Below, in pieces: positions 59,266-64,000 of a DNA stretch of 64,000 nucleotides. The notes beneath the pieces are model-generated. The model had not been told where the DNA came from, ran no database searches, and saw nothing but the letters and a program-made list of their open reading frames with translations. Every line of letters begins with the position of its first letter. Within the stretch, counting starts at the first letter, position 1. This DNA comes from Ignavibacteria bacterium (GTDB lineage: Bacteria; Bacteroidota; Ignavibacteria; Kapaibacteriales; UBA2268), in the NCBI GenBank assembly GCA_037445895.1, contig JBBIJO010000004.1, positions 79,839 to 143,838 on the forward strand, written 5' to 3'. The position numbers and the translations under genes were made by a program.

Positions 59266-60156
59266 ATGGCAATAATCATCGATGGTAAAAAGGTTTCGCA
59301 AATTATCCGCGAAGAACTAAAAACAAAAACCGAGCAGTTGAAAAACGAAAGGGGAATTGTGCCCGGTCTTGCTTTATTGTTGGTCGGCGAGAATCCTGCT
59401 TCGAAGGTTTATGTCAACTCGAAGAGAAAAGCTTGCGAAGAACTAGGCTATTATTCAATTGTCGAGCATCTACCCGAAAACACAAGCGAGCAAGAAGTCC
59501 TTCGATTGGTAAACGAGTGGAACAATGACCCCAAAATTCACGGCATACTTGTTCAATTACCTCTTCCAAAACAGATTTCCGAACAAAAAGTGACGCTTGC
59601 GATTAGCCCATCGAAAGACGTCGATGGATTTCATCCCGAGAACTTTGGGCGTTTGGTGATTGGTTTATCGGGCTTTCGCCCTTGCACTCCGGCGGGAATT
59701 GTGGAACTTTTGAAATATTACCAAATTGAAACATCCGGTAAGCATATTGTTGTTGTTGGTCGAAGCAATATTGTTGGTAAACCTATTGCCAATATGTTGT
59801 TTCAAAAAAACAAATTCGCAAATGGGATTGTAACAATTTGCCATACCGCAGCAACGGACTTAAGTTATTACACTCGCCAAGCAGACATCCTTGTTGCTGC
59901 AATTGGTCAGCCAAAAAAAATCCACGGCAACGACGTCAAAAACGGTGTAACCGTCATTGATGTTGGAGTGAATCGAATCGAGGACAAGACATCGAAAACT
60001 GGGTATAAACTTGTCGGCGATGTGGATTTCGAAGATATAGAACCGAAAGCTTATGCAATTACCCCAGTTCCCGGAGGTGTCGGACCGATGACCATTGCAA
60101 TGTTGATGAAAAATACGTTTCAATCGGCTGCTGGCGAAATTTCCTATGAAGCATAG
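59266..60156 (+). CDS. folD: Bifunctional methylenetetrahydrofolate dehydrogenase/cyclohydrolase
   Basis: IIDGKKVSQIIREELK..., VVVGRSNIVGKPIANML, PVPGGVGPMTIAMLM. Confidence 0.9.
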   Translation: MAIIIDGKKVSQIIREELKTKTEQLKNERGIVPGLALLLVGENPASKVYVNSKRKACEELGYYSIVEHLPENTSEQEVLRLVNEWNNDPKIHGILVQLPLPKQISEQKVTLAISPSKDVDGFHPENFGRLVIGLSGFRPCTPAGIVELLKYYQIETSGKHIVVVGRSNIVGKPIANMLFQKNKFANGIVTICHTAATDLSYYTRQADILVAAIGQPKKIHGNDVKNGVTVIDVGVNRIEDKTSKTGYKLVGDVDFEDIEPKAYAITPVPGGVGPMTIAMLMKNTFQSAAGEISYEA

Positions 60157-60874
60157 TTTCTACGATTTAATTTACTGCGACGACGATATAATAGTAGTCG
60201 ATAAAGCATCGGGAATGCTTACAATTCCCGACCGCTTCGACAAAACTCTTCCCAACTTGCGTAGTTTACTCGAAGAAAAATTTGGAAGGATTTATGTTGT
60301 TCATCGGTTGGACAAAGAAACTAGTGGGATTGTTGTCTTTGCTCGAAATCCGGAGGCACACAAGGATTTAAATACAAAATTCGAGACTCAAGAAGTTGAA
60401 AGAATCTATCATGCAGTTGTTTCGGGTTGGATTGATAAGGATGAATTCGAAATAGATATTCCGTTGCTAACAGATCCCTCGAACAAAGGACGAACAATAC
60501 CCACCACTCGGGGTAAAGAATCATTGACAATAGTTAGAGTTTTGGAAAGATTTTCGATTGCTACTTTAATTGAATGCAACCTTCGGACGGGGCGACATCA
60601 CCAAATTCGTGTTCATTGTGCAACTATTGGCAATCCCTTGCTTGTTGATGAACTATATGGAAATAACAAAGAATTCTATTTATCGCATATAAAGCGTAGA
60701 TACAACTTGAAAAAAGACGAAACTGAAAAACCGATAATTAATCGTCTGACTTTACACGCATATTCACTGTGGTTCGAACATCCATCGACAAAGGCAAAAG
60801 TCCATTTTGAATGCCCATATCCACGCGATTTTTTAGCACTTGTAAATGTTTTAAGAAAATACTCGAAAGGGTAA
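60146..60874 (+). CDS. RluA-family pseudouridine synthase
   Basis: Catalytic motif VVHRLDKETSGIVVFA; overlaps folD by 11 nt. Confidence 0.8.
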   Translation: MKHSFYDLIYCDDDIIVVDKASGMLTIPDRFDKTLPNLRSLLEEKFGRIYVVHRLDKETSGIVVFARNPEAHKDLNTKFETQEVERIYHAVVSGWIDKDEFEIDIPLLTDPSNKGRTIPTTRGKESLTIVRVLERFSIATLIECNLRTGRHHQIRVHCATIGNPLLVDELYGNNKEFYLSHIKRRYNLKKDETEKPIINRLTLHAYSLWFEHPSTKAKVHFECPYPRDFLALVNVLRKYSKG

Positions 60875-60985
60875 GGTAATCCTTTTTGCTCCATTTTTTA
60901 TTTTCCGTGCTGCCTTGAATTACCTTGTTTCTCCGATTTTTTATTAAATTTGTGGTTGTAATATTACTGAATTGTTATATATTAT

Positions 60986-61606
60986 ATGGGGAAAATCGAA
61001 ATTAAGCCGACTGCGTTGGAAGGTGTTCTATTAATTGGAGGGCATAAGTTCGAAGACCATCGCGGGTATTTTATCGAAATATTTAACCGAGATGCTTTGC
61101 TTCAATTCGGCATAGATTTTAGCGTTGTTCAAGTCAATTATTCATTTAGTAGAAATTCAGGAACGATTCGTGGATTACACTATCAACTTGAACCTTTTGC
61201 ACAAGCCAAAATTGTTCGGTGTAATCGAGGAGCAATTTTCGATGTTGCCGTCGATTTACGGAGCAATAGCCCAACTTTTGGGAAATACATCTCGTTTTGG
61301 CTACGTGGATATAATCTAACCCCGAGCGAGGTAGCTAGCTTTAGCACAATAAAGGCGGATTATTTACCCGAACCCGGAACAAACGTTCTAATTCCCAAAG
61401 GCTTTGCCCACGGATTTCTAACTTTGACGGACAATACCGAAGTAATTTATTTTTTGAATCAGTCTTTCGTCGAGGAACTTGATAGAAGCATTCGCTGGAA
61501 CGATCCACAAATTGCTATCGAATGGCCCCTTTTCGGCAAAACTCCTATCCTTTCGAATAAAGATGAATATGCTCAATTTTTGGAAAATGCAGAAATTAAT
61601 TTTTAA
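60986..61606 (+). CDS. rfbC: dTDP-4-dehydrorhamnose 3,5-epimerase
   Basis: FEDHRGYFIEIF and cupin core; about 200 aa. Confidence 0.85.
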   Translation: MGKIEIKPTALEGVLLIGGHKFEDHRGYFIEIFNRDALLQFGIDFSVVQVNYSFSRNSGTIRGLHYQLEPFAQAKIVRCNRGAIFDVAVDLRSNSPTFGKYISFWLRGYNLTPSEVASFSTIKADYLPEPGTNVLIPKGFAHGFLTLTDNTEVIYFLNQSFVEELDRSIRWNDPQIAIEWPLFGKTPILSNKDEYAQFLENAEINF

Positions 61607-61619
61607 AAAATATACATAA

Positions 61620-62684
61620 ATGAAGTTTCGAAATATTTTAGTTACAGGTGGTTGTGGATTCATTGGGACAAATTTCATCAAGTATGTTTTTAACGTAACA
61701 AACTTCGAAGGGCGAATAGTAAACGTCGATAAATTAACTTATGCCGCAAACCCAGAGAACCTTTGCGATATTCAAGAATCTTTTCCGGAGCGTTACTTTT
61801 TCGAAAAAGAGGATATATGTAATTTCGAAAGAATCGTCGAAATTTTAAAGAAATACGAAATCGATTGCGTTGTGAATTTCGCCGCTGAATCTCACGTAGA
61901 TAGGTCCATCGTAGGTCCAAAGGAATTTGTAGAAACTAATGTAATTGGAACGTTTACCTTGTTGGAATCTGCTCGTAGCCAACAAATGGAAGGCAAAAAT
62001 ATTCGCTTCCATCAGGTTAGCACCGACGAGGTCTATGGAACGCTCGACTCTACTGGTTACTTTTTCGAGACATCGCCTTATGCGCCACGTAGCCCATATT
62101 CGGCTTCGAAAGCTTCCGCCGACCACCTTGTTCGTGCTTACAACAATACCTATAATCTTCCAATCACAATTTCTATTTGTTCAAATAATTATGGGCCATT
62201 TCAATTCCCAGAAAAACTTATACCACTGATGATTTTAAATATGCTCGAAGAGAAGCCACTACCGGTGTATGGCGATGGGTTACATATTCGGGATTGGCTC
62301 TATGTGGAGGACCACTGCTCGGCTGTTTGGAAAATTTTAAACGATGGGAAGGTCGGCGAAACATACAACATAGGTGGTGAAAACGAATGGCAAAATATCG
62401 ATTTGCTCCGTTTTCTTTGCGAACTTGTTGCATCGCGAACAAATAAGCCGAAAGAAGAGTATTTGAGTCTTATTAGATTTGTCAAAGATCGTCCGGGACA
62501 CGACCGACGGTATGCAATAAATTGCAGTAAAATTAAGCAAGAACTTGGATGGAAACAATCGGTGGACTTTGTTTTGGGTTTGGAACAAACCGTTGATTGG
62601 TATTTGAACAATATCAACTGGGTAAACAAAGTCCGTTCGGGTGAGTATCTTCGATGGATTGATGCAAACTATTCAAATCGATGA
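61620..62684 (+). CDS. rfbB: dTDP-glucose 4,6-dehydratase
   Basis: NAD-binding ILVTGGCGFIGTNF; catalytic YSASKASADHLVRAY. Confidence 0.9.
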   Translation: MKFRNILVTGGCGFIGTNFIKYVFNVTNFEGRIVNVDKLTYAANPENLCDIQESFPERYFFEKEDICNFERIVEILKKYEIDCVVNFAAESHVDRSIVGPKEFVETNVIGTFTLLESARSQQMEGKNIRFHQVSTDEVYGTLDSTGYFFETSPYAPRSPYSASKASADHLVRAYNNTYNLPITISICSNNYGPFQFPEKLIPLMILNMLEEKPLPVYGDGLHIRDWLYVEDHCSAVWKILNDGKVGETYNIGGENEWQNIDLLRFLCELVASRTNKPKEEYLSLIRFVKDRPGHDRRYAINCSKIKQELGWKQSVDFVLGLEQTVDWYLNNINWVNKVRSGEYLRWIDANYSNR

Positions 62685-63529
62685 AAAAAATTCTTTTAAT
62701 AGGCAACAAAGGACAACTTGGAATCGAGTTCTCCCAATTATTTCATTCGAAATCTATCGATTTCAGAGGATACGACCTACCGGAATTTGACGTTGGAAAT
62801 AAAGGGGATGTTATTCGAGTTTTCGAATACTATCGCCCCGATGTTGTTATTAACTGTTCAGCATACAATTTTGTGGACCGAGCCGAGTCTGAACCTGAAA
62901 AATGTGAATATGTGAATTCAATTGGGGTTCTCGGTTTGGCTCAAATCTGTCATCAGTTCAACACGTTCCTCGTTCATTTTAGTACCGATTATGTTTTCGA
63001 TGGCACCAAGAATGAACCTTATACAGAAAACGATGCACCGAATCCGATGAATCAATATGGTCGTTCAAAGCTTATGGGGGAAAAATTAATTCAAAAGGAA
63101 ACGGAGGATTATTTGATACTACGGACCAGTTGGTTGTATGGTAAGGGCAAACAAAACTTTATCTATAAGTTTCTTCAATGGTCGAAACAAAATGAAATTA
63201 TTAATATTGCGACCGACGAGATTTCGGTTCCAACATCGGTTTCGACAGTTTCCCAACTGACATTTCTTGCCCTACAAAACGGGCTTCGGGGATTATATCA
63301 TCTAACCAACAGTGGTTTTGCTTCACGTTTCGAATGGGCAAAGTTATTGAAAGAAACTTTGAATCTCCAAGTCGAAATTAATCCTGCTCGGATGGAAGAT
63401 TTTAATCTTGCTGCAAGAAGACCAAATTTTTCTGCAATGGACAACACCAAAATTTCGAGGGAGTTGAACTTTCCTATTCCCGATTGGAATATTGAATTAA
63501 TACGCGTAGTTAGAAAATATATAAGTTAA
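62681..63529 (+). CDS. rfbD: dTDP-4-dehydrorhamnose reductase
   Basis: ILLIGNKGQLG Rossmann motif; catalytic YGRSKLMGE; ATGA overlap with rfbB. Confidence 0.85.
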   Translation: MKKILLIGNKGQLGIEFSQLFHSKSIDFRGYDLPEFDVGNKGDVIRVFEYYRPDVVINCSAYNFVDRAESEPEKCEYVNSIGVLGLAQICHQFNTFLVHFSTDYVFDGTKNEPYTENDAPNPMNQYGRSKLMGEKLIQKETEDYLILRTSWLYGKGKQNFIYKFLQWSKQNEIINIATDEISVPTSVSTVSQLTFLALQNGLRGLYHLTNSGFASRFEWAKLLKETLNLQVEINPARMEDFNLAARRPNFSAMDNTKISRELNFPIPDWNIELIRVVRKYIS

Positions 63530-63534
63530 TAACA

Positions 63535-64000
63535 TTATGTAGATGTAGCTTCGACTACACTATTCAATAAATTTGCTAACTTTTTTGTATGTTCTCGACG
63601 TTCGTATTTTCTTATTTCATTGAAATTTGGAGTGAAATCACTCCCAGATTTCCAGCTATTAAATAGGATGAGAAAATTATTTGCGATATTATCTGTTTCG
63701 CTCTGATGTGCAATAAGCCCCGAATTTGTTGCACTAATTAAATCGGCTACGGCTCCGTTCCTTGGGCAAATAGCGAGGATAGGGCGTCCTGTTCCAAGAT
63801 ACTCGAAAACCTTTCCCGGAACAATTTCTTGGCTTTCTTTCGATTCGTCAACAATGAGTAGAAGAGCATCCGATTGCATTAATTTCGAAAGGCTTTCAGA
63901 ATGGGGTAGATAGCCAATAACCTCGATAGCTTCTTTGAAACTGGTCTTGTCTATCATTTCATAAATTTCCGAGCCAAATCGCCCAATCAATCGAATTGTA
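63535..64000 (-). CDS. Glycosyltransferase family 4 (group 1), C-terminal part only; N-terminus lies beyond the window end
   Basis: GT4 C-terminal segment ...YLGTGRPILAICPRNGAVADLISATNSGL...; the ORF runs off the end of the window. Confidence 0.6.
   Translation of the reverse strand, partial: TIRLIGRFGSEIYEMIDKTSFKEAIEVIGYLPHSESLSKLMQSDALLLIVDESKESQEIVPGKVFEYLGTGRPILAICPRNGAVADLISATNSGLIAHQSETDNIANNFLILFNSWKSGSDFTPNFNEIRKYERREHTKKLANLLNSVVEATST

Overview
This is a 64 kb chromosomal segment from a low-GC bacterium with Shine-Dalgarno-like ribosome-binding sites. It is probably from the FCB group (Ignavibacteria/Bacteroidota-like): three large secreted proteins carry type IX secretion (T9SS) C-terminal sorting domains, a PorQ/PorV-like outer-membrane barrel is present, and there are BatA/BatC genes. 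About 55 protein genes, one tRNA-Gly(GCC) and several intrinsic terminators can be supported. Most of the window is housekeeping: nusA-infB-rbfA, dnaE, folD, nadK, lgt, lipB, gcvT, pyrE, nth, ispB and rmlC-rmlB-rmlD. Accessory content sits between these blocks. (1) A radical-SAM/HhH protein is followed immediately by a DUF4130-like protein (8.9-10.9 kb); this conserved but functionally unresolved two-gene module is the best candidate for an under-described system here. (2) A compact defense islet at 34.0-38.4 kb holds a solo HicB/UPF0150-like gene, a CPBP (Abi) intramembrane protease and a 1059-aa single-chain MmeI-like restriction-modification enzyme whose central portion has foreign codon composition. 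(3) A 1679-aa single polypeptide fuses two GT2 and two GT4 glycosyltransferase domains plus C-terminal TPRs (22.0-27.1 kb). (4) A candidate Mn-sensing leader lies upstream of mntP. There is also an orphan MotB/OmpA-like protein with a beta-barrel partner, an orphan MoxR ATPase, and a split Bat locus. No CRISPR array, integrase, transposase or prophage was seen. All calls rest on reading motifs in the supplied translations and sequence; no database searches were possible.
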